This document shows positions 25,653 through 39,080 of a stretch of DNA of 64,000 bases, piece by piece (within the stretch, counting starts at the first letter, position 1; the number at the start of each line of letters is the position of its first letter). The translations under genes and the position numbers were made by a program. The notes below the pieces were generated by a model. It was given only the letters and a program-made list of their open reading frames with translations. It did no database searches and was not told the origin of the DNA. The stretch covers positions 10,418,001-10,482,000 of the forward strand of contig NC_087438.1 of NCBI RefSeq assembly GCF_036321535.1, in the 5' to 3' direction. This DNA is from Camelus dromedarius (taxonomy: Eukaryota).

Positions 25653-26815
25653 TGTAAAGACATTGATTTTAGTGAACACTCTTTTTTCTTGCCTTTTCTT
25701 CCCTCTGTGTTGGTAAGTTTCACTGTATTTACAGAGACTTGTGTTTGAGGGAGGCATATACACTCAATTTCTTGTGCTTATTTGCTGACTCATTTTAATG
25801 GCCTAAGATGATTGATTTATTTTTGAGGTCATCACGCAACCCACGTTTGTGGCTTCTCAGGGACTACTGAGTGTGTTATATTTTTCCAAAATAAATACTT
25901 TTTTGAAATGTATATGTGCATACTTAGTAAAAAAAAAAGTGTGTATATATACACACACACCCACTACATATATTGCCTAGTTATATATATGGTTATATGT
26001 AAGTATATATATTTACTATATATGTATTTGCTATTTGATATACACTATGTATGTAAAATAGTAAGTATGTGTGGCTTTAAAAGCCACATAGCTTTTAGAA
26101 GCTTGTAACAATAGCAAAATTCCCAAGCTTCTTGCTCTAAAATTTCAGCACTTCTCCTAGCTTTTCTGGTATTTCTTTTCATATTTCTAAATAATATGCC
26201 TTTTGTATTCTTTATCATTTTAGACATTATCTTTTGACTTCCTTTTATAAGAGATGACAATTTGTCTATGTTAGTTACTCTTTCCCACATTTTTATCTCT
26301 CCCCATCCTATCAGCATGGTCTGTCACAACTTTTTTTAACCTTGTTATGACTATGTCAGTATTGCCCATTGCCAAGCCAAGAAGTATGATGTAATATGTT
26401 TCCCATCTTGTACAATCGTTTGTCTTCCAGGAGTTCATTGCCTCTTTTCACTCACTTGCTTGGTTTTCTGTGTATTTATATTTAATTTTTTTGCTAGTGA
26501 GCCATCAGCTCCACCAGATGCCTGCCATATTATTTTCCAAATGCTCCAATGCATTAATATGTAACCAGTTCCATTCTTCTCCCTGGAGCCCTCCCTTCCA
26601 GAACCCTCTGGCTTCCTGTCTCAAGCAGTCTGATTGATCTTGTGACCAGCTATGCACACAGCTGTCATCCAGGGACTGCCCTTGGCCATGCTCAGTGGTG
26701 TTATCAAGGCCGTCTATCTCTGTCTCCACCGCCTGGTTGGGCTGGCATCACACTGGATACAGTAAGACGGCTGTGATGACTGTGGCCACTCTCACTGCAG
26801 ATCCTTCCCAGTGAA

Positions 26816-27366
26816 TGAAGGGGACCAGAATATGCCACCCCCAAATTTGCCTTTTTGGCTAATGGATTATTTTGAGCTAAAGACTTATGAGAATCAGCAG
26901 ACACAGGAAAAACTCTAAAAAACAGGGCATAAGTTGGGTTTTTTTGGTAAAGGAAATTTACATTTTTAAAATAAATTTCCATTTGTCAAGATGCCTCCCT
27001 CTCCTGTACCAGGAAGAGGAGGACTTTTAACTCTTATCAGTGGAGAAGGCATGACTTAAATCTGCACCACAAACCTTACTAAACCCTGGTTTACCATATC
27101 TTTCCTGGTCAGCTTCTCCTACATGCCTCCCTTGGCCAGAAGCCCCAAACCCCTCTTCTTTGTTTAGCCTCAGATGGCATATAAGCCCAAATTCTAGCCA
27201 CCTCTTTGGGCTACTCACCACTGGGTGCTCCCATGTAATTCGTGATGCACATGTAAAAAAACTTCTGTTTTTCTCTTGTTAATCTGTCTTTTGCCTGTCT
27301 AATTTATAGGATCACAGCAGGGAAACCTAAGATGATTAAAGGAAAAAGATTTTTTCCCTTCCACTA
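26816..27366 (+). mobile_element. MER34-like ERV1 solo LTR nested in older repeat sequence
   Basis: Starts TGAAGGGGACCAGAATATGCCACCCCCAAAT...GGATTATTTTGAGCTAAAG; ends with GTTAATCTGTCTTTTG...AAAAGATTTTTTCCCTTCC. Confidence 0.75.
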
Positions 27367-28777
27367 TCCTAGCAACCCTAGTGAAAAGTGACTTCTTTAT
27401 TTTAATATCATATTTCAAACCCAGGGAAGGCTCCAGTCGCCTCTATGTGTGTGTCACTGGCCCCTTCGTGAACACAGCGATGAGGTGCTCTAATGGCCCT
27501 TGTGATTTACAGCCCCTTTAAGACATCATGGAACCAGGGAGGGTGGGCATTTCCTGAAAGAAGGGGCCCAGCCAACCCACCCCCCGTGCCCACTGCAGGG
27601 CTGGACCAAGGAAAGACTGATGGAGGGGCATTAACTTGGGAGCCGGGGGACCAGGGCTCTATTCTTGGTCGTGCCTACTGAGTAGCTCCATGACCTTGGG
27701 GAAATTGATGGGCTTCCTCTCGTCACCTCAGAGTCAACTCCCTTCAAAGGAAGGATCTAGAGTAGACTTTGTGCTATTATCCAAGATTCTAAAATCGTAT
27801 CCTCTGTCCAAAAAGAGCTTGTAATATAAAAGGTGCTCTGTCTTGGACGATGGTGTAGATCACAAAACAATAATGGAACAGTAATGGAAAAGAGAAGTGG
27901 AACCAGAAAATAAATGTCCCAAAACAATGATTTCCTTGATTAAACTTGTATTGTAGGCCAGGCCTTGTTAAACGTTTTATTTGGATTATCACATTTTTAA
28001 CTTCCAAGATTTCTCTCTTGTTCTCTGATTAACCCAGTTTCAAAGCACCTTGTTACATACATCTCTGTGCCTCCATCTCCTCATCTGTAAAATAGGGATA
28101 ATAATCTTACCTACTTAGTGAGATTTATGGTAAGAATTAAATGAAACAATGCATGTAAAACACTGAGAAGTACCAGGAATACGATAATCGTTCAGTATGT
28201 ATTATCAACATTATTATTAGCTATTCTTCTGCTTGGTTTTCTTCCTACTGGACATTTGAGGGGGAAGCTTTCTCTCTCTGTTCAGTCTTCCATCTGCCTT
28301 CCCTCATCCAAAAGTATGATGCATTTATTTTTAGCCTACTGGCATTTCTTTGATTTTCCATTTCCCTGTTTTTTGCCTCTGGTCACAGTAGGGTAGAAGA
28401 GTCAGTGCCTTCAGGCAGTTTGCCACTGTTAACCACTGTCTCCTGGTTTTTGACTTTTCATAATTTAAAAATTTTATTTTTTTATCTTGTTTTATTTAAC
28501 TCATGACATTACTCAAATGTTCACACTTAAGTATGTGAACTTTCCCTTCCTCTTTGATAAAGTGGTATGAACTTCATAAGTAATCCCCCATGTGGTGTCG
28601 GGACATAGGAAGGGCTGAATGAAGTTTTGTGATGTCCCCCCCATCTCCATCCTCTTTGTGATAATGCGTCTCATGATTCTGGCTCTGGGTAGTCACTAAT
28701 CAGCTTCATTCTGAGCTGGGCAAGGTAGTGGAAGCAGTACATCTCCTCTTATCAGTCAAGAAAGATGCGTCTAAGAT

Positions 28778-28900
28778 GGGTAGGTGGGTGGGTGGGCATA
28801 GCTCAGTGGTAGAGGGCATGCTTAGCATGCATAAGGTCCTAGGTTCAGTCCCTAGTACCTCCACTAAAAAAAAAAAAAAAACTAAGAAAAAAAAAAAAAA
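28778..28900 (+). mobile_element. tRNA-derived camelid-type SINE (vic-1-like)
   Basis: ATAGCTCAGTGGTAGAG.GCATGCTTAGCATGCA...GGTTCAGTCCC, long A tail, and AAGAAAGATG repeated at 28758-28767 and 28901-28910. Confidence 0.9.
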
Positions 28901-29790
28901 AAGAAAGATGTCAGTGAAAGGTAGGAGTTCAGCAAGGTTTAAATGTTGGGCAGAGACAGCTGGTGGAGCTTTCCATCACATGGTGCAGCTTTAAACCATG
29001 CTTGAAGATTGGAGTGCCATGAGTGAACCAAAGAATTCTTTGCTGATGTGTTATCCAAAAGAGGACAGATCAAGAGCTTCCAAGAGCTCTTGTCATTGGC
29101 TCATTTATTCACTAATTTTGCAAATATTTATTAAATGATTTGAATGTGCTAGGAGCTGGGGACACCCCAGTGCACAAGACAGATGAAGTCTTGGGTGGCC
29201 TGTTCCACTGGTGTAGGGTGAAAGAGCTTTACTTGCCATCGAGAATTTTCTTCAGTAGCACATCATTGTTATTCCAACTAACAGCCCTTCCTAATTCTTT
29301 TCTCTGTTGTCAACCCCGCCACAGAGGCTGAAAAAGCTAACGCGTGCTTCCCCAGCCTCCCCTGAAGTCCGGGTAGTCCCATGACACTGTTCTATGGAAT
29401 GTTACTCAAGTGGTTGTCTGCAGGCGTTTCTGGGAAGGATGCCGGTCGCTGGTGCTGCCTCTTCCCCATCTTCCTTCCCTGAATTTGAACACAATGCTTA
29501 GAGCATCAACAGCCAACGTGCTGGAAGGACCAGGAGAGTCACAGGGTTGAGAAGCGGCGTCCAGCCTGCCTCTGGACTTCCTGTGACCTGAGATTCTTAG
29601 TCACTTTATCTGCCTTTGTTTAGGTTTGTTAGTTATAGCCAGAAACATTCTGGACTGACACCAAGACAGCAATCACTGTAAACCCTTTACTTGTCTTTTC
29701 CTTCTTAAAATGAAACCTCAAAAATGTTCCCATATTGAATATTCTTTTAAAAATTTAAATTACCATTGGCTGATCATTTACTTAATATTT

Positions 29791-30062
29791 ATTTATTTAT
29801 TTTAATATATGTTTATTGATGTGCAGGCGGTTTACAATGTTGTGTCAATTTCTGGTGTACAGCACAATACTTCAGTCACACAGGAACATACATACATTCG
29901 TTCTCATATTCTTCTTCACCATAAGTTACTATAAGATACTGAATATGGCTCCCTGTGCTATACAGTATAAACTTTTTATCTAATATACATATATTGGTTA
30001 GTATGTGCAAATCTCAAACTCCCAATTTATCCCTTCCTACTCCCTCCACTCCGCCTGGTAAC
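29791..30062 (-). mobile_element. Short young L1 3' end with perfect 16-bp TSD
   Basis: GTTTACAATGTTGTGTCAATTTCTGGTGTACAGC; TSD CATTTACTTAATATTT at 29775-29790 and 30063-30078. Confidence 0.92.
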
Positions 30063-30534
30063 CATTTACTTAATATTTTTGACAGTGCAATAAGCTTCTT
30101 TGACCTCAGGATCATTATGGAGTAGAAAGCCAATCTGGCAGCCATCAACAAAAAATCCTTTAAAGTTCTACCAGCTTCAAGCTCAGAGTCCAAAATAGAG
30201 CTTGACAACCCCAAGAACTGCCATATGGCTGCTCCCTTGAGCAGAGGTGTGAAAATACTGACTCTATCACAAAAGGTGGAGAAAAGCAGAAAGATTCCTA
30301 CTCTTATCTCAGTAAAAGGAGAGAACACAATGTCTGCAGAGACACAAACGTCATCGACTACTCCCAAGCCCCTGAGATTTGCTAAAAAAAACCATGCCGG
30401 ATGCTGTAGGATTATCATTCCTAAAGGAATGTAATCTCATGTAATCCTAAAGGAATGTGATGTCAACCCAGACATCACAGAGATTCAAGCTGCAGCAAAG
30501 GCTAGCGTGATGACCAAAATCCTAATATTGCAGA

Positions 30535-30880
30535 GCAGGGGGTGTTTAGCAAAATACTTTCTGCAGGCCCAGTGTGACCCGGCACCTGTCCTTGTAAGGT
30601 TTGTGAGCTGAGATTGGTTTTTACATTTCTCAATGGTTGAAAGTAATCAAAAGGAAAAGAATATTTTGTGACGTGTGAATATTACAGAAAACTTGAGTTC
30701 CAAGGTTCCTAAATAAAGTTGTATTGGCACACAGCCACGCTCACTTTAATTTAAAAATTATCTAGGGCTGCTTTCATGACACAATGGCAGAGCTGAGTGG
30801 TTGCCATGAAGAGTAAGTGGCTCACAAAGCCTGAACTATTTACTACCTGGCCCTTAACAGGAAGTGTGCCCACCCCGTTT
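30535..30880. mobile_element. MER58B-like hAT-Charlie element
   Basis: GGTTTTTACATTT..AATGGTTG...AATAAAGTT.TATTGGCACACAGCCAC...TATTTACTACCTGGCCCTT.ACAG; similar to 48105-48432. Confidence 0.75.
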
Positions 30881-31800
30881 CAGAATCTAGGGCCTGAGCA
30901 ATGACCTATCCCATAAGAATAGGTCATTTTTTTCTACTGACTCAGCGTTTATTGAATCAAATGCTAAACTCCCTCTAGGCCTTAGAAACTGTTAAGACAG
31001 CTTGTCTTATAAAGTACGTATGATAGTGTTTGACGTCTAAGATCTAGAGATCTACTCTATAAAAAACATCTATAGTGTATAAAATCAACCTCAGATAAAG
31101 GGGCCAAAACAAGGAGGCAAGATTCTCTATGATACAGAAAATTTCCCCCTCTGCAGTTTCTTAGGGGATCACATGTTAAAATAACACTGAAAAGTTATAC
31201 TGGTAATATATAATCTTGGAACATTTGGAAAATACTGAGATGTAAGCAGAAGAAAATTAAAAATAGCCTTTAAAATTATCACCCATGATGACAACTATTA
31301 ATATTTGAGGGTTCATTCTTCCAATATTTTTCTGTGCATAAATATTTTTTCCACAAAATTTAGCTGCTCACACTGTATTAGTATTATTTCAGTTGCAATT
31401 GGTAAGAAACTTATCTTAAATAGCCTTAAGCTAAAAAAAAAGAAAGGAAGGAAGGGGAGTTGGCTCATGTAACTGCAAGATACAGGAGTATACTGCTTCA
31501 GGTATGGCTGAATCCAGGAGCTTAAGCAACATACTAGGGCTCTTTCTCCATCTCTTAGTTCTACTTCCTCCATGTATGTATTAATATCATATCATATCAG
31601 GCTCTTTCTTTCTAGTGACGAAAGGGCTGAAGAAGTCCCCATTGCACCTTTAATCCACACAGCAGCAATCCCTACAGGAGGAAAAAAAAAGCATTTTTTC
31701 CTCCAACAAACAAATATGAGTCTTTTCAGTGTCAGTCAATATCTTTGACACTAGAAGTTTTATTTGCTTCCTGATAAATAATCATTTAGATGCACCACAA

Positions 31801-32582
31801 TTTTTTTAAATTGAAGTATAGTCAGTTACAATGCATCAATTTCTGGTATACAGCACTATGTCCCAGTCGTGCATACACATACATATATTTGTTTTCATAT
31901 TCTTTTTCATGAAAGGTTATTACAAGATATGGAATATAGTTCCCTGTACTATACAGAAGAAATCTGTTTTTTTAATCTGTTTTTATATATAGTGGCTAAT
32001 ATTTGCAAATCTCAAACTCCAAAATTCATCCCTTCCCACCTCCTTTCCCCTGGTAACCATAAGATTGTTTACTGTCTGTGAATCTGTTTCTGTTTCGCAG
32101 ATGAGTTCATTAGTGTCCCCCTTTTTTCTTTTTTTAGATTCTACATATGAGTGATATCATATGGTATTTTTTCTTTCTCTTTCTGGCTTACTTCACTTAG
32201 AATGACTATCTCTAGGTCCATCCATGTTGCTGCAAATGGCATTATTTTATTCTTTTTTATGGCTGAGTAGTATTCCATTATATAAATATACCACAATTTT
32301 ATCCAGTCATCTGTCAATAGACACTTAGGTTGCTTCCATGTCTTGGCTATTGTATATAGTGCTTCTATGAACATTGGGGTGCATGTATCTTTTCAAATTT
32401 GAGTTCCCTCTGGATATATGCCAAGGAGTGGGTTTACTGGATCATAGGGTAAGTCTATTTCTAGTTTTTTGAGGAGTCTTCATACTGTTTTCCATAACGG
32501 TTGCACCAAACTACATTCCCACCAGCAGTGTAGGAGGGTTCCCTTTTCTCCACACCCTCTCCAGCATTTATCATTCGTAGAT
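31801..32582 (-). mobile_element. Young 5'-truncated LINE-1
   Basis: ORF 32141-32374 gives TIAKTWKQPKC...MPFAATWMDLEIVILSEVSQ. TSD ATGCACCA(CA/TG)A at 31790-31800 and 32583-32593. Confidence 0.95.
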
Positions 32583-34734
32583 ATGCACCATGAGTTTTTA
32601 AACCAACCCATTAGAGGAAATTTTTATCTCAGAATTATAATTATAGGATTAGATGAAATCTGAGAATCATCCAGTACATTTTATTCCTTTTTACAGTAAA
32701 GGAAATTGAGGCCCGGAAAAGATAAGTGATTTCTCATTATCTTAGTTATTGACGGCGGGGAGCCAGATCTAAATGGTTCCAAGATTCACTCTCTTCCAGC
32801 TGCTCTCTCTTAAATGTCAACCCTGAAGCAAAATGTCAGGCTAGAAAAGCAGCCAGCTAACGGAGTGTGCCTGCCTGCCCAGGGAGCCTGAAAAATAAAT
32901 GAGTCAGAGAAAAAGAGCAATCTGGTTCTCTTCTCTCCTCCTGGGTTTCCTTCTAAAAATGAGGGTGGGAAGAGGGTAGAGAAAGCCACAAAGGCTGCTG
33001 TTTGTTTGTTCCTCTTTAACTAAACATAAAAAACACGCTTTGCTGGTTCATCAGAGCTGCAAGTCTAGTAACGCATCTGTAAGTTTTCGAGATTGTGCCT
33101 CTTCATATATTTTCACTTAATCTTCACATTATACAGCAAAATTGTTTTCTAATTAGTATATTTTATGTGAGGCTCCTGCTGTCCCTGTGATCTTAAAAAG
33201 CTTACCAGGCATGAAAGAGGAAGTGCCATCCATCAGGAGATGAATTCGTTGACCAGAACATCTGAGCACTCAGAGCCCATTTGCAAAGAAAGAGAAGGAA
33301 TCTATCTGCAGACTTGGTGAGCCCAGCAAAGAGAAGGCAAGTGGACCGGAGGCCCTCAAAGAGGGGCATGATCCGTATATTCTGTGTTCTGCAAGAGCTC
33401 AGTCGGTGTCCACCAGATATTGAGCAGGAGACCCAGGAGAGACTGAGATCTTGCCCCTGACCTCTGGAGCTCACGGTCAAGTGTGAAAAGATGAAGACTT
33501 GGACAAGTAGCTCTCAGTGTACTGGGTGCAGTGGGAACAGTCGAAATGTATGAGAGGGCAGTGGAGCCAGGCTGCTAACTCATCATGGGTGATGATGGGT
33601 GGTCTGGAATTGATTCTCAAAAGAGAGCAGGCTTGAGCAGAATCCAGAAGGACCACTGGTGTCAGCCAGATGAAAGTACACCCAGGTAGTGCAAACCCCA
33701 AGGTCAAAGGCCAGAGACAGTGAGCAAGCAAACTGTAGGCAGGACTGATGTCAAAAATTTGGGAAAGAATAAAGCCATCTAATTTGCTGGGTGAAAAAAA
33801 AAAAAAGGAAACACTAAGTTCTGTCTGCTGGACCTACACAAAATTGTGAAGTCCTTCTCCACACACACCACCTCTGCATCTTTCAGTTCCCTCTTCGGTT
33901 CTCAGATGCCCTCCGTTATCCCTCCCACCCCCTTAGGCTCTCTTTGCACTCTCCTTATCAACCTCTGCTCTTAGTAAGAGCCATGGCTTGATGACACTAA
34001 GGTGTAAATGACTGATAGGATCGTGCTGTAATTCAGTTGATTGATACATTTTTACAGGAGATAAAATTCCAGACCAAGGAACACACTGTAAATCATAATC
34101 CTAGGTGGACAGCTTAAGGCCTCAGTGTCAGAATCACAGAAGCTTCTGCCAGTGCCCTCTGGAAAAGCTCCAGGGTTCTTTAGGCCTGTTTCTGCTCCTG
34201 CCATGTTGGCCCCTCTCCCAAGGACTCTCTTGCTTTCTCTGCCTGTTTGGGCTTCACACCTTGGCTTCCCTAGGCTTGCCTTGATCTGCTGATTTCTCAG
34301 CTTTGGCTGTGAAACACCAGCTTGGGTCTTGGCCTCACGCATTTGCTCAGCCTCATGCTGTGACAATGGACATAGTGCATCTCAGCCACACTCTGGGCTG
34401 GCACGTTGCATGGTGGACCACGGTTCTCCTAGCCTCAGCTCATTCAGGAAAATGAATACACATGGCCTTTGGGGCATCACTGAGTTCCTGGGAAGAGATT
34501 TTTTTTTAGGATATACTTTCCATATGGCCCTGGAAGATGGGTTCAAATCCTTGACTGCCATTTATCAGCTGAATGACCTCATGCCTCAGTCTCTTTGTGT
34601 ATTGGGAATAATAATAGTATGTGTCTCAAATGGGGGGGTTGAATTAATTAATTCACCCAGAACACTTAATAGAGGCTGGCGTTTCATGAGGCCTCAATTA
34701 ATTAATAGGTCATGATGATGGTGGTGGTGGTGAT

Positions 34735-35155
34735 ATATACATATAATGGAATATTATTCAGCCCTGAAAAAGAAGGACATTCTGACATGTGTTAGAACAC
34801 TAAAGCATCTTGAAGACATTAATATGCTAAGTAAAATAAGCCAGTCACCAAAGGACAGATACTGTATGATTCCACTTACAAAAAGTAGCTAGAGTGGTCA
34901 TATTCAGAAAGAAGTCAAAGGCAGAAAGTAGAATGACCATTGTTAGGGGTAGGGGTTTAGGGAGGGGGAGGAATGGGGAGTTACAGTTTAATGGGTACAG
35001 AGTTGCAGTTTGGGAAGATGAAAAAAGTTCTGGAGATGGATGATTGATGATACTTGCATATCAATGTGAATGTACTTAATGCCACTCAACTATATACTAA
35101 AAAATAGTTAAAATGGTAAATTTTACCTTGTGTGTTTTTTACACCAAAAAAAAAA
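34735..35155 (+). mobile_element. L1MA/MB-type 3' fragment
   Basis: ATGGAATATTATTCAGCC...TACTGTATGATTCCACTTA...GTTCTGGAGATGGAT...AATGGTAAATTTTA followed by an A-run. Confidence 0.85.
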
Positions 35156-36369
35156 GGCAATGAATTTGGTTAAGAACAGTTGGAAGTGAGTATAGATGGG
35201 AAAAGTCCACTGATTCTTAGTAATATGTCCGATCACTGCCTTCACTCACATACTCACTCATGTTTTCATTCAAGGAATATTGGCTAAGTACTTTCTACAC
35301 ACCAGGCACAATTCTTGGTGCAGGAATTACAGCAACTGACCAGCAACTCCCTTTTCAACCTCCCATTTAGAGGAGGATGTTTAACTGGAGTTCAGTCAGT
35401 CAAGCAAATTTGCAATAGAAATGAAGATTACAATTATTTGCCAAAGGTGTAATGGGTTCCACTGTTCTCAGGACAAACATCAACTTGTCCTAGCCTGAGG
35501 CTGACCCGGATATGCATGAGTGACCCTTGAGTAAAATGAAAGGTTTGGCACAGCAATGGAAAATTCATTTTGTAGTGTCTTCAACAGTTCTGAACGTTCA
35601 CATTCCATTTTCAGAGTTCAAATGGTCTAAGAAAACTTTTTGAAAACAAAAATTCTAAGAAAATATTTGCTAGAGTTTATTGGCCAGGTGCCCCCCACCT
35701 TCTCTCTCTCTTTCTCCCCCTCTCTTTCTTTCTTCTGATTTGGGCCATAGCAGGATCGTCCATGTGACTAACTGGAGTAGCATTTGCCCCGGCCACTCAT
35801 TCTGAACTCTGCAGCATCACAATCAAATGATGTGCATCTAGGCACAATACTAGGCACTGACTTTGTTTTCAGCTATTCTAAGGTCAATGTTTTGGTGAGT
35901 GAAATAATTTGTGTCAACATTTCAGCTGAGACAATTGCTGCAGGGGCTTTGCTGACCTCTGAGAGTGTGGCCTCCCACCATACTCTCAATTTACCCATTC
36001 AAAAATATTCAATCTACGTAGTAGGTCCATGATATACGAAGTTAATATACTAGGCTCAACAATAGAGTTACTGTTCTAGTACAGCACCAGTTAGATGGTT
36101 TTTTTTAAATGCCTATGTGCTCAAGATGCATAGAAGGCAATGATGGTGTCATTAAAGGCAATAAAGATTTGTCAGTCTATATACAAAAAAAAAATCCAAG
36201 CTCTGAGCTAGACATTAAGGATTCTAGATCAGAATTCTTGCCACCAAAAAGCTCACAATCTAGGTATTTTTAAAAAGATGGATAACATCATTGTTAAGAC
36301 AGGCAGTAAGTCACACTTGGGTAGACCAGAAAGCCAATCAGAAATCTCTATGTGTAGTCATATCCTCTA

Positions 36370-36590
36370 ACTACTAATATTTATATGATGTTTATTATGT
36401 GCCAAGCAGTATTATAAGGTTTTTGGATATATCTAATCACTTCATCCCCATAACAACCCTAAAAGGAAGATACTCATTTGAGCTGCATTTTACAGATAAG
36501 AAAACTGAGGCACAAGAAGTTTAAATAATCAAGCCAGACCATGTGGCTAATAGCAGCCAGGCCAGGCGGTCTAGCTTCAAGGTTTAGGTC
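36370..36590 (-). mobile_element. MIR SINE (other MIR-like copies near 15760, 28050, 32680, 34520, 37090, 58930)
   Basis: MIR core CATTTTACAGATAAGAAAACTGAGGCAC. Confidence 0.75.
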
Positions 36591-38039
36591 TGTAAGGAGC
36601 ACAGTAAGGAGCCTCCCACTCAGCTTTTGGAGTAACAATGAACATTACAGCAAACCACAAAATGCTGATTGTGAGTTAATTAGAAGGATTTTAGGCAGAA
36701 TCCAAACAGCTGTGTTCATAAACATTACCTTGGGGGAGAAGGTGAAAGTTACTGGCTAATTTATTTCCAGTGGTTAAAGGACTTAAGCAAATTTTATTTT
36801 ATTATACCACAAGAAATTAGTCCTGGTATTTTCAGCTTCTAGAATAGACCATTTGTACTCATACCCTTATTTATGTTTAATTACACAAAGCAATTTTAAG
36901 TCATTTATCTCGTATGAATAACAAGGCTTGATAAACCCAAGTCATGGTTTATGGCTATAGAAAACACCCGTCTGTATTAAAATCTGATCTGGATAGAAAG
37001 GACTTTCCCTCTATACATGCGGTAGAGTTTGGAGATACTTTTATTATCTTCTGTGAAGCGTTGGCTGCGAAGTGGTGGGGTGGCTGACAGATCAGACCTA
37101 GGTTCAAACTCTGTATTAGCATTTACTCAGCCTGTTTCCCCATCTGTAAACTGTGTAACAACAGTACCTGCCTCGTGGGCCAGTGTGAGGATTAGGTGAA
37201 ATAATACAAAAAAAAAAATACATAAAAGGATTACCTAAGTGCCTGGCCTGATGTCAGCTGTCGATAAATCACTAGCATTATAGTAATTGCTATTGCTCTG
37301 ATTCAGAATCTCCCTGGAGGTGCCAAAGACCTGGGGTCCTCTAAACATTTACTCTGAGACTCAGAAAAGAGGGGGTGTGATTTCTTGTAGATATGCTCTA
37401 AGTATACTGGAGCCACCTACAATTCCAGGGTGCTTTCCACATCTTCCTTTAGCTATGGAATTTTTTAAAAGGTGCCAAAGACATGCTACATGCAAATCTG
37501 TCTCTGGAACTGTGGGAGAGGAAGTGTTCACCAGGATTTTAATTTTCTTCCTTGTTCTTCTGGAAAAAAGGGCCCTCTGACTAGACAATAGTGGGTGAAA
37601 GAACCTTGACGGAAGTGCCTTTTTATTGTTGGACTATTTATTTTTACTGTTTGCTATTTCCTTGGTTTTTTCCTTTTGATAAACCACTTTATCAGATGAT
37701 TATAATTTTGTCAATAACCGCTCCTTAAGTAAACTGTGTTCTAAGTAAGTATAACCCCGTTCTGCTGACCGCGGAGGGAAATAAAGATCAGAAAATTTGC
37801 CCAATCTAGTGGACCGGGCCCTGGGCCAACAGCTGGATTCCAGCCTCGCCCTCCCAAAGCCGTGACCCATCAGCGGTACGGGCCAGGGAAGGGAATCCTG
37901 TCATCTTGCCAGGGGAGGGAAAAGGGACCAGTCCCCTCTCCCACATCATGCCATCCACCAGGTTTCTTTCCTTCCCACTCAATGGGCCTTCGATGTGAGG
38001 GAGGTGCGGGATCCGTCCTGATGGAATTCCCAGAATTTT

Positions 38040-39080
38040 CCAAGAGGCCGCGCTTGCATCCCACCAGAAGCTTCCCGCGCCTCAGCGGAGCAACCAGCGT
38101 CTCCGAGCACCCGGGTCTCAAAACACAGAGGGCGCGGAAGCCCCGCCCATTCCACCAGACCCCGCCCTCTTGGCCCCGCCCCTCCTAGTCGCGCCCTCCC
38201 ATTGGCGACCCGGCAGGTCAGTCAGCTCCCGCCCGGGGCGGGAGCACAGACTGCGGTCTGCACCCCATCCCTCCCGCGCCCGCCTGCCTCGGGGAAGCGA
38301 GCCGCGGCGCCGGCGGGCGGCCGCCGCGTCTGACAGACCCACTGGCCGAGGCTCTGCGCCCGTCGGCAGCACGCGGCCGGCATGGCGGCGCGGAGGAGCC
38401 CTCAGCAGGAGCAGGAGCGGGAGCGGTCTCGCGTCCCCGCCGCAGGTGGGCCCTGGGCCGGGCGGGGCTGGGGGGCGGTCTCCTCCGCCGGCCGTCGGCG
38501 CAGCCCAGGGCGATGCCCGCGCTACGAGGGGTGGGAGCTCCGGGGCGCGCGAGGATCCAGGTGCGCCCCTGACCTGAGCGGGCTGCTCCCACACACACCA
38601 CCTGCAGGGTTTGGGGGGCCGTCGGGGGTGGAGGTCACATCTCAATAAGGCACTACAGCCTCGGGAGGCAGAGCTGTTCCGGGAGAGGCGGCAAGCGACC
38701 CGCTGAGGCAGAGCAGACAGGTTCCTGGAAAGAGAAAGCCCTTCCTGCCGTCTGGGGTGCGGTGGGGTGGGGGACACAGGCAGTGGTTGGGGTCGGGCCC
38801 TGGCGCCCAGGAGCGGCGGTGTCCCCTTCTCGGTGTCCCCTCCAGGAGCTCGATTGTTGTCGGAGGGAAGTAGACGGGTTTCGCACTTTGCTGGCAGAGG
38901 ATGTGGCCCACACCTTCGCAGCAATCGAGACTCGATGAGCAGCAGAGAAAATCGGGCTTTTGAAACAGAAATGTCACCAGAGACAAGAGTAGCAACACAG
39001 TATGGCCCAGGTCGCTGAGGTCGCGGGCGCAGCACCTGTGTCGCAGAGTCTTCGTCCTCGGCGGCGGGAGCTGAGCCCTC
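38040..39080 (+). promoter_or_regulatory. OTULINL: CpG island / TATA-less promoter of OTULINL
   Basis: Dense CpG around exon 1. GC boxes CCCCGCCC at 38141, 38160 and 38174; inverted CCAAT (ATTGG 38201-38205); ETS core CGGAAG at 38135-38140. Confidence 0.9.
38382..38445 (+). CDS. OTULINL: OTULINL (FAM105A) coding exon 1
   Basis: Strong Kozak GGCATGG; encodes MAARRSPQQEQERERSRVPAA(G), resembling the FAM105A N-terminus; donor CAG|GTGGG; 64 nt, phase fits exon 2. Confidence 0.9.
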
